A stretch of 64,000 bases of DNA from a virus. Taxonomy: Duplodnaviria; Heunggongvirae; Uroviricota; Caudoviricetes. Positions 42,901 to 53,524 of this stretch are shown here, one piece after another; position 1 is the first letter of the stretch, and every line of letters begins with the position of its first letter. The notes beneath the pieces were generated by a model. The model saw only the letters and a list, made by a program, of their open reading frames with translations, had not been told where the DNA came from and did no database searches. The stretch lies in IMG/VR virus record IMGVR_UViG_3300042934_000212; one strand, written 5' to 3'. The translations under genes and the position numbers were made by a program.

Positions 42901-43414
42901 AGCAGTTGATATTTGGTTGAAGCAGAATGATGGTTCAGAATTCCCTAAACCACCTACAAGTTCAGAGCTAAATGAAATGTTTACTGAAGTTAACAATAAG
43001 ATTGTTATCAGTGACAGTACAATTTGGCACAGTGCAACGTACTTGAAACTATTTGGTGATTCTGCTGACGCAGATTATCGTGCGGATTTCAAAGTTATTA
43101 AACTACCCAACTCAACTTTGAGTGATGATGAGATTCGTCAGAAGGTAATTTCACTAACTAATGACTTCTTCAGTGTAGATAATTGGGATTTCGGTGAAAG
43201 CTTCTATTATACAGAACTAGCAACGTACATTCACATTAATTTGAGTACTGAAATCGCATCAGTGGTTATCGTTCCACAAAACACAAACTCTAAGTTTGGT
43301 GAGTTGTTCGAGATTCCATGTGAATCGAATCAGTTATTCGTGAGTACCGCAACCGTTGATAATGTTATCATCGTTAACTCTCTAGCGAAAAGTAATATTA
43401 ACATCGGACGTTAA
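39950..43414 (+). CDS. Baseplate wedge protein (gp6-like)
   Basis: YDFDTIRESMINYL, RENFLDTAERRASVLKLAKMISY.PK, ETMEQIK.RAP..YYTQNR.V..EDY, WDFGESFY. Confidence 0.85.
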   Translation: MAQQKRQSNLYAAEDWTQVYESFAQINLQAYDFDTIRESMINYLRLTYPDSFNDWIENDEFIFILDTIALIGQNLAFRMDMNSRENFLDTAERRASVLKLAKMISYAPKRAYPGRGLAKVMTVKTNQDIKNSFGSSLRNQIIRWNDPSDPNWYENFILVMNSAFVDTNQFGDPIKKVIANGVTNQLYQMNTIPMSAPNIPFTANINGESMTFEVVNPDITSTGTAQERHPQPQEQKHIIYRNDGNGFESPYTGFFVYFKQGNLSFTDYDYEQRIENRTQDLDTNNINEIDVWVQEITEDGLVRTKWTRVPAIESISYNSVDRKQKSIFSVTTRDNDQITIKFPDARSGQVPRGSYRFWYRVSNGETYTIKTTDIQNKPVQYTYRTNTQSEYESSTLDMQFSLQFQSSLAQSKETMEQIKERAPQLYYTQNRFVNGEDYNIAPLMLGNTVLKAKAINRIYSGQSRFIDINDPTGKYQNTDVFTDDGAIYRDKVNASNSLLLPSTKSNAAIVVDEIQPLISDNAVIQLYQDFEANTVKVSTNQQWTPEFNSNYTSNTYGRLMSASANVVYDIGTIINFPTSNGTDVWTSVVDVVDNDYMVLSVPITAKQLCTEYIKPFRVKFSNVEVQTIAAMLDKKTDFVMIYVPNTLSWVPIQGTYTGSTVQYENSAYPILISVSYTAESWEFVSNGVNYVFVGGDKVRFYFVSTENITDISTGTVQSDKIDILSNNTNYTNNNGYSTDESFQIIKTVNQENGYIDGSRVIVTSSQRDSSGIPLNPNQFRTVVPSLSGEDKTKYEQWLIFQENSDFTIDLVDPTGNNFTLLDSTWSYTLSQVNSETIAYRKAALLRNVQMRSTNITNLYNRGSGFVIGFEYNGTDYFVKQTVGNNNDRLNNFLSNMTLSTDDNPLTPEQAFVRAIENMSDEKASEVTKLDYYGYVNVSTDYFIKKDARVGINYHWKHYAPDDNRIDPSKTNLIDMYVLTNSYKTAVDIWLKQNDGSEFPKPPTSSELNEMFTEVNNKIVISDSTIWHSATYLKLFGDSADADYRADFKVIKLPNSTLSDDEIRQKVISLTNDFFSVDNWDFGESFYYTELATYIHINLSTEIASVVIVPQNTNSKFGELFEIPCESNQLFVSTATVDNVIIVNSLAKSNINIGR

Positions 43415-43418
43415 TACT

Positions 43419-43444
43419 AAGGGCATCTTTGTGATGCCCTTTCT
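43419..43444 (+). terminator. Intrinsic terminator
   Basis: AAGGGCATC-TTTGT-GATGCCCTTT; followed by a TATAAATA late box at 43450. Confidence 0.75.
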
Positions 43445-43495
43445 ACTTCTATAAATAAAACAAATGAGAGAAAGAATTTTTTATTGGAGAATATA

Positions 43496-46400
43496 ATGGC
43501 GAACGGATTTAAATTTCAGCCTTCAAAAGTGTCAGAAGCTGTTAATCAGAAATTGTTCATAAAGAGATTACCAGAGTGGATGCAAAGTCTAGAACAGATT
43601 CAAATGTTCAGTAATGACATTATTCAGCAATGGTTTAATCCAGCAGATGAAGAAATCGTAGACGGTTATATCGGTGATCGCGGGTCACCTGCGGCTTCAG
43701 GAAAGATCTTTTTGAATGAACTTGATGCTAAGCGTCAAGAATATCAGTTAAGTACTGCATATGTTTCACATAACTCAGATACAAGCGTTCGTTCTCTCCA
43801 GTTTTATCCTGATTTAGTTGGTTACTTGGAGCATTACGGTGCATTAACTGAGAACCAAGCACGTCTGTTGAGTGGTAAGTTCTATTCATGGACACCACCA
43901 ATCAACCCTAACAAACTACAAAACTATAGCTCATATCTTTGGGATACAGAAAACGAATATGGTATTTCTCCAGACTATATCGTAATGGAACGTGGTGCAT
44001 TAAATGGTAACACCTGGTCATTACAGAACTTCTGGTACACCGTAGGCCAATCTCTACCTGACGGTACTGTTATTACTGAACAAAGTGCACAAGGTACTCG
44101 GTTCAAACGTGCACAAGCACCAATCATCGAATATAATAAAAATATCGAATTGATGAACTACGGTACAACGTTTCGTGGTGTAGTGGACTATCTATCGGAT
44201 TCTGTAAAACCAGAAGATATTGTTCAGAAAAATGTGAGCAACAACGTTCGCGTGGATGGACATATTCTACAAGCGGGCGACCGTATTCTATTCACGAGTA
44301 TTGGTAACCCAGGCGAGAATAACCGTATCTATAAAGTATACATTAAGCAAATGGCTGATGGTACACGCGTATATGGCCTTGTTCTTGACGAAGATGAAGA
44401 AACTACTGAACGTCCTACTGGCGAACCATTAACTGGTGACGTTGTGCTAATTCGTTCTGGTGATACCTATGAAAATACTTCAGTGTATTGGAATGGTCGT
44501 ACCTGGACTACTGCACAGAGCAAGAGTGGTATTAACACATTCCCAATCTTCCAACTATATGACAAGAACGGAATTAAACTAGATAACAGTACTGTTTACC
44601 CAAGCAGCACGTTTTCTGGTTCAAGCCTATTCGGTTTGAAAATTAACTTCAACTACGGTTTGGATAAGATTTATGGTAAGCACGTAGAACTAAGTTCTTA
44701 CAATTACTATGTATTTGAAAACTTCCTACAGACTTCTCGTTATAATTATAACAAAGCTGGTGCGATTACTGAAATCCCAGGCTTGTATTTCTATAATGTA
44801 ATTGATGCTAACGGTCAGAATCTAAAATCTGATTGGGTAAGAAGTGAAGATGAATCTAAGCAATACGTTCGTCAAGTTCCAGAAGTTACTAAAACTTCTA
44901 TGTACCGTGTGTTTAATACCGTTTCAGAAATGAACTTATTCAAATCACCAATTGAGAACATGTTTGCTTACGTTGTTGAAAATGATACAACCTATAAGTA
45001 TTACAAACCTAGTAACAGTACTTTCCTTCGCTGGAACGCAATTACTACCGTAGCAGTACAATCAGACCGCTTTGAACATACTTATGAGCTAGCTCAGAAG
45101 ATTAATCCAACCGATTCTAAAGAAAGCTTGGAAGTATTCTTTAACGGTACAAAGACTTTTGATTACACTACTACTCTTAATTCAGATGGTAATGTTCAAA
45201 GCATTACTATGGCAGATGATGTAACAATCAACGAAGACAGCATTATTGAGATTGTAACCTACAGTCCAACTAAGGTTCCTGATGAATCACTAGGTGTATA
45301 CCAGATTCCAATTAACCTACAGAACAACCCATACAACGAATTTGTTGATTATATCCATCAAGGTGAATATACTCCACACTTCCTAGATATTATCGGTAAG
45401 AATATCACCGAAGGTTCTGTAAATGATTTAAACAACTATGAAATTCGTTTAGAGCAAGGTTTAGTAGACAACTCTGTTGGTACTAAGATCATCCAAAACG
45501 AAACATCTCTACTACCATTGATGCTTCATAGTGCAAATGAAAACTTAGATCTATTCTCTGCAATTATCTTTACGCAGTACGAATATTTCCGTTTCAAAAA
45601 CAAATTCACAACTCAAATGATGAACATGTACCAAAAAGATTCAGCAGGCTTCATGGCTGAAAGTGCATCGAACATTGTTGATTTGATTTTTAGTGCAATT
45701 AATGTGGGTAAAGATAACAACTTCCCATTTGCACTTGATAATGTTGGTACAAATACAACAACATCAAAGACATTTATTCCAACTACACCACAGTTCTTAG
45801 GTATTCTTAAAGCTTACTCTCCAGAGAAAGCAACTTACCTACACGTTGGACGTGATATTGGTTGCTATAACATCGACCACATGGGAGTTGCAAGCAAGGC
45901 ATATCGCGTTGTAAACGGTGTTGATTTGATGGATGATGTAATTTATGAATTAGAAAATCGTATTTTCAATAGCATTGACAACACCTTTAAGACTGTTGAC
46001 TATGTTCCTGCTATGACTACCGATTTCCTAAGACCAACTCCGTACTTCAACAATACTGAGTATACTCTAGACGAGTATATCCAACTTGAACTACGTGGTT
46101 ACATTAACTTTATTGCAACTAATGGTATCGAGAACGGTACTCATGACTACGATCAAAGTAACTGGATGACTTGGAACTATACTGGTACGACTTATGTTGT
46201 CGATGGTAATCCAACTAATATTCCAGCACGTGGTTCATGGAGAGCAATCTATACTGATATGTACGGTACGTACCGTCCAGACACCCATCCGTGGGAAATG
46301 TTTGGATTTACCCAACGTCCAGATTGGTTTAACCAAGAATACGAACCAACTAAAGTTCGTCTAGGCAATGATGAATCAGAATATGTGTACGTTTACACTG

Positions 46401-49400
46401 CTTATGTTACTAATGAAAATGGTGACCTAGTTCCTAGTGGACTATGGGATACTACTTCAGCTAAAGGCGACTCAAGTACTGGTACAATTCTACATGGTGC
46501 TCGTGCTGGTCAATACGATCAATACAAACGCTTTGGTAAACAACCGTTTGAACTAGTGAGTACTGGTAATTTTGCATCTGATGGTGAAGAAATTTTCGAA
46601 CTAAATCTGATTGCTCCTGAAGTTTTAGGATTGGTTAGTGGTGCATTATCACATATATCTGAACCTTGGGCTTATGGTGACATGGGCGATATGGAATTCA
46701 CCTATATGAACACGCCTATGTACGCATATGATCGTGTTATGGCTCTATTACGTGCTAAACCAGGCCAGTTCGCAAACTATTTCTATGATACAAAGGGTAG
46801 TACTGTTCAGAAGATTAAGAACGATGGTTCACAATTCCTATACGGTGAAACTAACAAACGTCTAAACTTTGATTCAAGTACAATTGTACACGGTGAAAAT
46901 AAGCAACGTATCTTAGGATACCAGACTTGGGTAAGCGATTACTTGATTTACCAAAATAAGAACGTAACAACTAACTACGGTGACATTCTTCGTTCTTCAG
47001 TAATCAATGTTGGTCATCGAATCGGTGGATTTACTAAGAGTGATCAGTTAACTTTCAGTTCTGATTCATTCGGCTTAGTTTCTCAAGAGAACCAACATAT
47101 CGGTTTAGTGAAAAGTTCTGCATTCCGTGATGAAGTTCTAAGTGCTGTCAAGATTCAATGGACAGGAAATGGTTTCTCTATCAGTGGATATGACCTAGTT
47201 GGTGCAAAACTAAAATATAAACTTCCTAATAAAACTGGTCGCCGTGTGTCGATTACAGTAGGGAAGCGTTCTGTAGTTCATTATAACGAGTACCTTAATC
47301 AGTACGGTGAATATGAATATGGAACATTACTAAAAACTTTCCAAGAAGTGTATACATTCCTTTGTGCATACGGTGAATACCTAGAAGAATCCGGTTGGAT
47401 CTTTGAAGATGTGTCTGAAGATGGAGTAACACAGGATTGGTCAGTAATTGGTAAGGACTTTATTAGCTGGAGTGCAACATCTCCTGTCGTTGGTGAGTAT
47501 ATTTCGGTATCTCCAAGTACTAAGAATGTAAAATTCGGTACTACCTTCGGTTCAGTCCAATCAGTAACACAATTTAATGGTGGTGTTTGGTCATTACTTG
47601 ATGACACTAACACTGGTATTCGTCCATATGAGATTGATACTTCACGTATTGGTAACGTATTCAGCGTTCGTTTAGTTGATGATTCTGAAAAGAACATGTC
47701 ACTAATTCGTGTAAGTGTAGTAGCATATGAACACGCGGTTGTTTTCGATGACACAACTATTTTCGGTAATAGTATCTATATTCCTAAGTACGGCGTCGTG
47801 CACGAAATGCTTAAGATGTATGGTTATATTACTGGTTCATGGAATGGTCGTCTAGAAGCGAAAGGCTTTATTATCCTAGAAGCTGGTACAATGCCAGATT
47901 TCGAAAAACTAGTTGACGATTTCAGAAGTTATTACGATATTGATCATCCAGTGGATAACGTTACTCTACGTAACTTAGCTCGTCACTTAATCGGATTCCA
48001 GACTCGTGATTATATATCTCAGATGATTACAAGTGATACATCACAAATCGATTTCTATCGTGGCTTCATCCGTGATAAAGGTACTAATCAAGTGTTCGAA
48101 CGCGTCCTACGTGTTTCTAAGTCTTACAACACTGATAACTACAAAGCATTACAGGAATGGGCATTTAAAATTGGTGAATATGGTAACATATATGGTAAGA
48201 AACACCTACAGTTCCAACTAATCAATAATGAGTTCGCACAAGAACCACAACTATTCAGCTTCAGCGATACTGCGACACAAGACAGCACTGGAAATGATAT
48301 TGTGTACTTCGGCTCACAGGGTGTAGATTCTCGCTGGATTACTCGTCCAAAAGGAACATTTGCATTCCCTACCAGAACCGGCAAGAGTGAAGCAATTCAT
48401 CTTCCAGATATTGGACCAGTGACCTTAGATGAAGTTTCTTATAGCACTCGCGACTTTGACACTGCATATTCTGACCGTCTATCTTATATAAGCAATACTG
48501 GCAATACTCCTACTTCGGTATGGGTGCTACGCGATATGGATAACAACTGGAATATCTTTGAGTTAGAGAACACTGGTATTACACTATCAAGCATTACTCC
48601 AGTTGTTGTAGATGATACTTACCCTGGAAATCACTGTACTTTAACATTAAGTGCAGCACATGGAATGGAAGATGGAGATTACTTCTTCTTCGTTGACCCA
48701 TCTGAATATATGCCTGACCTTCTAAAGAAAGAAACTCAGTACTTTACCACTGGCGACAGTGCGACAAGCTTTGTTATTCCTTTAGATGTAACGAATACCA
48801 TTACATTCTCTGATAATAACCCTGTACTATATCGTTATGTTAACCGTTTCAACACTGCTCAGAAACAAGAATACATCGATAAGAAGTACTCTTATGCAGC
48901 ACCTGAAACAACATTGTTTGTTCGTCCAACTACATATAACTCAGAAACTAACGTAACTGAACTTTATATGAACGTGTACGACCCAATCAACGGCGTAATT
49001 CCAGGTACAATCATGGCTGACATTTCATATGTAAGTCCAGTTGACCCAGCGAAGTACAACAGCGATCAAGAAACAATTCAGGCGTGGGGTTCAGAAAAAG
49101 TCGGAATGGTTTGGTGGAATACAACTAACGCATTCTTCATGGACTATACCCGTCCTTTATATGATGAAGACGGCAATGTAGACGAAACGAAAACTACAGA
49201 GTATAAGCGTTACAATTGGGGTAAACTACTACCAAACTCAGAAATCAACGTTTATGAGTGGGTGGCATCACCAGTTCTACCTTATCAATGGGATAAGTAC
49301 TGTACCGACCAGGCTAAATTGAATAAAGATAGCACTGCGTGGGTTCCAAGTGGGGAAGCTATCGAGGATTATTTCTCAGAGTTTCAGGAATACGATGTAA

Positions 49401-52400
49401 GCACTAATAGTTACAAGACTGTATATTATTTTTGGGTTAAAAACGCAATTTACGTTCCAAAAGTTAAAAACAGAAACAAACCTTGTAATGAACTAGCAAG
49501 AACTATTCAAGACCCATCTTTACTTAACGCTCCTTGGTTCGCACCAATAAGTACAGATTCATTTATCATCAGTGGACTTCAACAAGAAATTACCGATGAT
49601 AAGAGTGTTCTTTCCATCACATATCAAAATGATGCAACTGAAGTAGTTAAACACGAACAGTTCCAACTTTGTCGTGAAGGTCAGGATTATAACTTTAACC
49701 CTGTTATTTGGGATTCTATGTGGAATTCGTTAATGTCTCAAGAAACTCTACCTGACGGAAAAGTATCTGAGTTGCATTACCCAACTAACAAAACCGGTAT
49801 ATTGCCTACTGAAACTTGGTTTGAAGATGTGATTGAAGCACGTCGCAACTTTGTGTCAGCAGCGAACGAAATATACAAAACAATCAACGTTACGACAAAC
49901 TCTGTTGTAATGGATGGTGTGTTTAACGTTAAGACTGTTGAAGATAACCCAAATCTAATCAGTTTTAAAGTATTAAACTACAATAACGAATTAGTAATCA
50001 ATCCAGCACAAGATGTGTTCGCTGAGAATGATGCTGTACTTGTAAACACTACTGGTACACTACCTTCTCCTTTGGATTCCACGACTGTGTACTTTGTGCA
50101 CTTCGATGAGAATAACTATATTCGTTTAATGAACTCTCCAAGTACTAGCGGTTCTACCGTTTACATAACTCTTGAAGATAAAGGTGAAGGTCAACATAAG
50201 ATGATTAAACAGTCTGATTATATTGAATCACTAGGTACTTCATTGGATATGTCTCAGTACTGGACACTAGCTGACTGGTATGATGTTGGTTACGATGAAA
50301 ATACTTCTTACACTGATGAGACTAGTATTGACGTCGCAAATCAGAAGAATTATCAAGAAGGTGATGTTATCAGAATTACTGATGCTGACGGTGTATGGAC
50401 ATTGTATGTTAAGACTCTATCACGTAATGTTGTTATCTGGCAAGCGATTGCAAGAGAGAATAGTACTGTTGCACTTAATAATCAATTGTTCTATGGATAC
50501 GAGCAGTATAATGCTGATGGTTCATTAAGTAATGTCGAAACTAACGTTCGTAAAGCACTAGCTTTGCTTAAGAATTCATTTGACACTACACAAAGTCGTT
50601 TAGTATTCGAAATGGTAAAATATGTTCACACAGAACAAACAGTTGTTGATTGGGTATTCAAAACTTCGTATATCTACGTTATCGGCTTAGAGCAATCTCT
50701 AACACAGAGTGCAAATAGCGTTAACTTGATTGAACAAATCGTAGAGTACTTCGAAGAAGTTAAACCGTACAGAACGAAAATTCGTTCTCAGATTGAACAG
50801 AAAACTTCAAACACCGATGAAATGACGGGCATTTCTAATGACCTAGATCCTAACGGATACGTCTTTGTAAATGGTGCTTGGGTTAAAACTGAAGATGATA
50901 TTTGGGATCATGAATATGCTCAGTACAATACAACAACATCCAAGTGGGAAATCGTAGGTTCACTACCTGCTGGATTTAAATCTCCTTCTCGTGCATTCCA
51001 AGAATCATACGAGATGTTAGTATACGATAACTTCCAGTGTACACCAGATGAAGATTTGGGTACTGTACTAGATCTTGAAAAAGTTAATAGCTCTTTCATG
51101 ACAAATACAAACGATATTCTACCAGTTGGAAGCCATTATAAGCTACAACGTTATTCATTCACATATCCAGTGATTGATACAGCTTCTATCAATAATAATG
51201 TTCTTATTGGTATTAGTGCTCTTTATTCTGATATTGACACAACACTTTCATTACAGGATGCAATTAAAGCTCAGTTACAAAGCTACAAAGACGATGTAGA
51301 AAAATCAGATAAGTTCATCGCTGATTTGGAAACAGTGTCTAGCAGCGTAATAAGTTCTAACCCATCTGTTAAAGTGGCTAATGAGTACAATCAGTACAAT
51401 ACATTAGCGAACAGAAGAAGACTATACACCTCATTAAGCAATAGCTCAATTTCTCAGGAAGTTGGTTGTCCGTTTAAGGGGAGAGTGTTAACAGACAACT
51501 TGAATACACGCTTACCATTTGGTTATGCGGCGTCAAACAACGAAACTTACGGCTATACAATGTATAGTAGAGAGTTGTATGATAAGTTTGTTGCTCTTAC
51601 AAAAGAGGCGAACCCAACGTTCACCACCGATGAAATCAACGATTACCTAGTGTATGAGTACGGTTTATATCCTTGGATGTACGATATGGACGATGTTAAT
51701 GACTCTGGAAATCATACAGGTAAGAACTATCTAGATGCACTATATGTACTAACAGCAATGAGAAATACATATAATCCAGATAATGATGACCAGTTCGAGA
51801 TTGCAAGACAAATTCTTAAAACTCCAACGATTGATATGTACTGTATGGTAATGATTCCACGTAAATTGGTCAAAATCAAAGATGTTAACACCGATCAATA
51901 TCTATCAGTACCGATGGATGTAAGTTTAGATACTTTCATGGAAGATGCTCTTATTGTGAATAACGATGTAGTTGCAATGGAAGACTTCAACTTAGATGAC
52001 ATTGAGTTAGATATTAATAACCCACTATATGATGAAATTCAAGATGTGATCACTGTAAATTCTAAGATGTACTTGAATGATGCTAACGCATTTGACAGTT
52101 CAGGTTTAGAATCACAGACTAAAGATATTGTATATTCAGCTTCTGGTGATGTTAGTACTACAAAAGACCCTGTGTTTATTGATGTATCTGACATTAACCC
52201 ATTAGGGAATGATGCAGCACAAATGAGATTCACCGTAAGTGGATATGGTTATGAAACTGCTGGAAACACGCAGCTTAAATCTCAAGGTAACTTCCAGATT
52301 GAGGGTTATGTAGTTCAAAACCCATACAATACTAAAGAAGCTATCGTAAGTATCCCACGTTATGATCAAGCAATTGAATACATGCAACGGGATTTGATTT

Positions 52401-53491
52401 CTAGAAGTACTATTCGCTATTCTTACAAGATTAAAGATATTATCAACACATCAGGTACTATCAGTCTTGTTCAGGATAATGATTTTAAAGTAGGTGAAAA
52501 AGTTATGGTCTTCACTCCAGAAGCTGAAGATTATGATGTTCTAATGCAAGATAACACGTGGAAGACAATTCTTCCTGTTGCAAACATTAAAACAGGCTCA
52601 CGCCCACGTATTTTCACTGTTTCATCTGTATCTGGTAACAGAATTCGCCTAGGTGGATTGAACTTTAGCAATACATATGACAGTAGTTCAGATACGTTAA
52701 TGAACACATCACCAACTTCTATTAACATTGTTCGTATTACATCATTCGCTGATGCAGAATTCCTAAACGGAGCTGTACCAATGTATACAAATGATCGTTC
52801 TTACCGAGTAAGTATTCTTGATTATGACATGTTCTATGATAGAATGATTAAAAGTGAAACGTATTCTGATACATACGTAGATGATGATTATGACGCGATT
52901 TATGTTTCTAATGAAATTGTAGAGATTGACGGTAATGAAGTTGACCACGGATATTACCAACCAGTATACGGAAAAGGTGTACTAAGTGAACTAGTTCGTA
53001 CTAAAATGGATGACAGTTTGCAGATCTTCGTTTACGAATATGCAGATATTAATCCTGTACTTAATGGTACTACTTGGTCTTATACCGGAACTGTAGTTGA
53101 TGATGTTTATGTAAGTGACCATGACGCAACACTAGTAGTAGCGATTTCTGATTCTATACAACATATGGGATATGTAGCAACTCCAACTAAGGTTGAAAGT
53201 ACTACTATTAAGGATGGGGTATTGAGTTCTGCAAGTTCTGTTAAGTCAGACTTGATTTCAGTTAATAATGAAATTGTTCAGATTCGTGGTGCGGGTAACA
53301 TGCTAAGAGGTATTTTCGGAACCTGTGAAGAAGATTACAAATCAGGAACCACATATACTAAACTAGGAGTTATTCTAGGAAGTGAGGATGAATTGGAAGT
53401 GTACACCACCAATTACCCAAGCATTCCATTGAGTACCTTTAGTTCAGGATTGAAGGTGAATGGTTCAGTAGTTGGAGAACTAATCAAATAA
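43496..53491 (+). CDS. Giant (about 3330 aa) virion protein, probable baseplate wedge (gp7-like position)
   Basis: Uninterrupted ORF after gp6 with its own late promoter and GGAG RBS; RDKGT and EVKPYRTK motifs. Confidence 0.7.
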   Translation: MANGFKFQPSKVSEAVNQKLFIKRLPEWMQSLEQIQMFSNDIIQQWFNPADEEIVDGYIGDRGSPAASGKIFLNELDAKRQEYQLSTAYVSHNSDTSVRSLQFYPDLVGYLEHYGALTENQARLLSGKFYSWTPPINPNKLQNYSSYLWDTENEYGISPDYIVMERGALNGNTWSLQNFWYTVGQSLPDGTVITEQSAQGTRFKRAQAPIIEYNKNIELMNYGTTFRGVVDYLSDSVKPEDIVQKNVSNNVRVDGHILQAGDRILFTSIGNPGENNRIYKVYIKQMADGTRVYGLVLDEDEETTERPTGEPLTGDVVLIRSGDTYENTSVYWNGRTWTTAQSKSGINTFPIFQLYDKNGIKLDNSTVYPSSTFSGSSLFGLKINFNYGLDKIYGKHVELSSYNYYVFENFLQTSRYNYNKAGAITEIPGLYFYNVIDANGQNLKSDWVRSEDESKQYVRQVPEVTKTSMYRVFNTVSEMNLFKSPIENMFAYVVENDTTYKYYKPSNSTFLRWNAITTVAVQSDRFEHTYELAQKINPTDSKESLEVFFNGTKTFDYTTTLNSDGNVQSITMADDVTINEDSIIEIVTYSPTKVPDESLGVYQIPINLQNNPYNEFVDYIHQGEYTPHFLDIIGKNITEGSVNDLNNYEIRLEQGLVDNSVGTKIIQNETSLLPLMLHSANENLDLFSAIIFTQYEYFRFKNKFTTQMMNMYQKDSAGFMAESASNIVDLIFSAINVGKDNNFPFALDNVGTNTTTSKTFIPTTPQFLGILKAYSPEKATYLHVGRDIGCYNIDHMGVASKAYRVVNGVDLMDDVIYELENRIFNSIDNTFKTVDYVPAMTTDFLRPTPYFNNTEYTLDEYIQLELRGYINFIATNGIENGTHDYDQSNWMTWNYTGTTYVVDGNPTNIPARGSWRAIYTDMYGTYRPDTHPWEMFGFTQRPDWFNQEYEPTKVRLGNDESEYVYVYTAYVTNENGDLVPSGLWDTTSAKGDSSTGTILHGARAGQYDQYKRFGKQPFELVSTGNFASDGEEIFELNLIAPEVLGLVSGALSHISEPWAYGDMGDMEFTYMNTPMYAYDRVMALLRAKPGQFANYFYDTKGSTVQKIKNDGSQFLYGETNKRLNFDSSTIVHGENKQRILGYQTWVSDYLIYQNKNVTTNYGDILRSSVINVGHRIGGFTKSDQLTFSSDSFGLVSQENQHIGLVKSSAFRDEVLSAVKIQWTGNGFSISGYDLVGAKLKYKLPNKTGRRVSITVGKRSVVHYNEYLNQYGEYEYGTLLKTFQEVYTFLCAYGEYLEESGWIFEDVSEDGVTQDWSVIGKDFISWSATSPVVGEYISVSPSTKNVKFGTTFGSVQSVTQFNGGVWSLLDDTNTGIRPYEIDTSRIGNVFSVRLVDDSEKNMSLIRVSVVAYEHAVVFDDTTIFGNSIYIPKYGVVHEMLKMYGYITGSWNGRLEAKGFIILEAGTMPDFEKLVDDFRSYYDIDHPVDNVTLRNLARHLIGFQTRDYISQMITSDTSQIDFYRGFIRDKGTNQVFERVLRVSKSYNTDNYKALQEWAFKIGEYGNIYGKKHLQFQLINNEFAQEPQLFSFSDTATQDSTGNDIVYFGSQGVDSRWITRPKGTFAFPTRTGKSEAIHLPDIGPVTLDEVSYSTRDFDTAYSDRLSYISNTGNTPTSVWVLRDMDNNWNIFELENTGITLSSITPVVVDDTYPGNHCTLTLSAAHGMEDGDYFFFVDPSEYMPDLLKKETQYFTTGDSATSFVIPLDVTNTITFSDNNPVLYRYVNRFNTAQKQEYIDKKYSYAAPETTLFVRPTTYNSETNVTELYMNVYDPINGVIPGTIMADISYVSPVDPAKYNSDQETIQAWGSEKVGMVWWNTTNAFFMDYTRPLYDEDGNVDETKTTEYKRYNWGKLLPNSEINVYEWVASPVLPYQWDKYCTDQAKLNKDSTAWVPSGEAIEDYFSEFQEYDVSTNSYKTVYYFWVKNAIYVPKVKNRNKPCNELARTIQDPSLLNAPWFAPISTDSFIISGLQQEITDDKSVLSITYQNDATEVVKHEQFQLCREGQDYNFNPVIWDSMWNSLMSQETLPDGKVSELHYPTNKTGILPTETWFEDVIEARRNFVSAANEIYKTINVTTNSVVMDGVFNVKTVEDNPNLISFKVLNYNNELVINPAQDVFAENDAVLVNTTGTLPSPLDSTTVYFVHFDENNYIRLMNSPSTSGSTVYITLEDKGEGQHKMIKQSDYIESLGTSLDMSQYWTLADWYDVGYDENTSYTDETSIDVANQKNYQEGDVIRITDADGVWTLYVKTLSRNVVIWQAIARENSTVALNNQLFYGYEQYNADGSLSNVETNVRKALALLKNSFDTTQSRLVFEMVKYVHTEQTVVDWVFKTSYIYVIGLEQSLTQSANSVNLIEQIVEYFEEVKPYRTKIRSQIEQKTSNTDEMTGISNDLDPNGYVFVNGAWVKTEDDIWDHEYAQYNTTTSKWEIVGSLPAGFKSPSRAFQESYEMLVYDNFQCTPDEDLGTVLDLEKVNSSFMTNTNDILPVGSHYKLQRYSFTYPVIDTASINNNVLIGISALYSDIDTTLSLQDAIKAQLQSYKDDVEKSDKFIADLETVSSSVISSNPSVKVANEYNQYNTLANRRRLYTSLSNSSISQEVGCPFKGRVLTDNLNTRLPFGYAASNNETYGYTMYSRELYDKFVALTKEANPTFTTDEINDYLVYEYGLYPWMYDMDDVNDSGNHTGKNYLDALYVLTAMRNTYNPDNDDQFEIARQILKTPTIDMYCMVMIPRKLVKIKDVNTDQYLSVPMDVSLDTFMEDALIVNNDVVAMEDFNLDDIELDINNPLYDEIQDVITVNSKMYLNDANAFDSSGLESQTKDIVYSASGDVSTTKDPVFIDVSDINPLGNDAAQMRFTVSGYGYETAGNTQLKSQGNFQIEGYVVQNPYNTKEAIVSIPRYDQAIEYMQRDLISRSTIRYSYKIKDIINTSGTISLVQDNDFKVGEKVMVFTPEAEDYDVLMQDNTWKTILPVANIKTGSRPRIFTVSSVSGNRIRLGGLNFSNTYDSSSDTLMNTSPTSINIVRITSFADAEFLNGAVPMYTNDRSYRVSILDYDMFYDRMIKSETYSDTYVDDDYDAIYVSNEIVEIDGNEVDHGYYQPVYGKGVLSELVRTKMDDSLQIFVYEYADINPVLNGTTWSYTGTVVDDVYVSDHDATLVVAISDSIQHMGYVATPTKVESTTIKDGVLSSASSVKSDLISVNNEIVQIRGAGNMLRGIFGTCEEDYKSGTTYTKLGVILGSEDELEVYTTNYPSIPLSTFSSGLKVNGSVVGELIK

Positions 53492-53492
53492 C

Positions 53493-53524
53493 AAAAAAGG
53501 GAGCCATTGGCTCCCTTTTCTTTT
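53493..53524. terminator. Bidirectional intrinsic terminator
   Basis: A6-GGGAGCC-ATT-GGCTCCC-TTTT. Confidence 0.85.
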
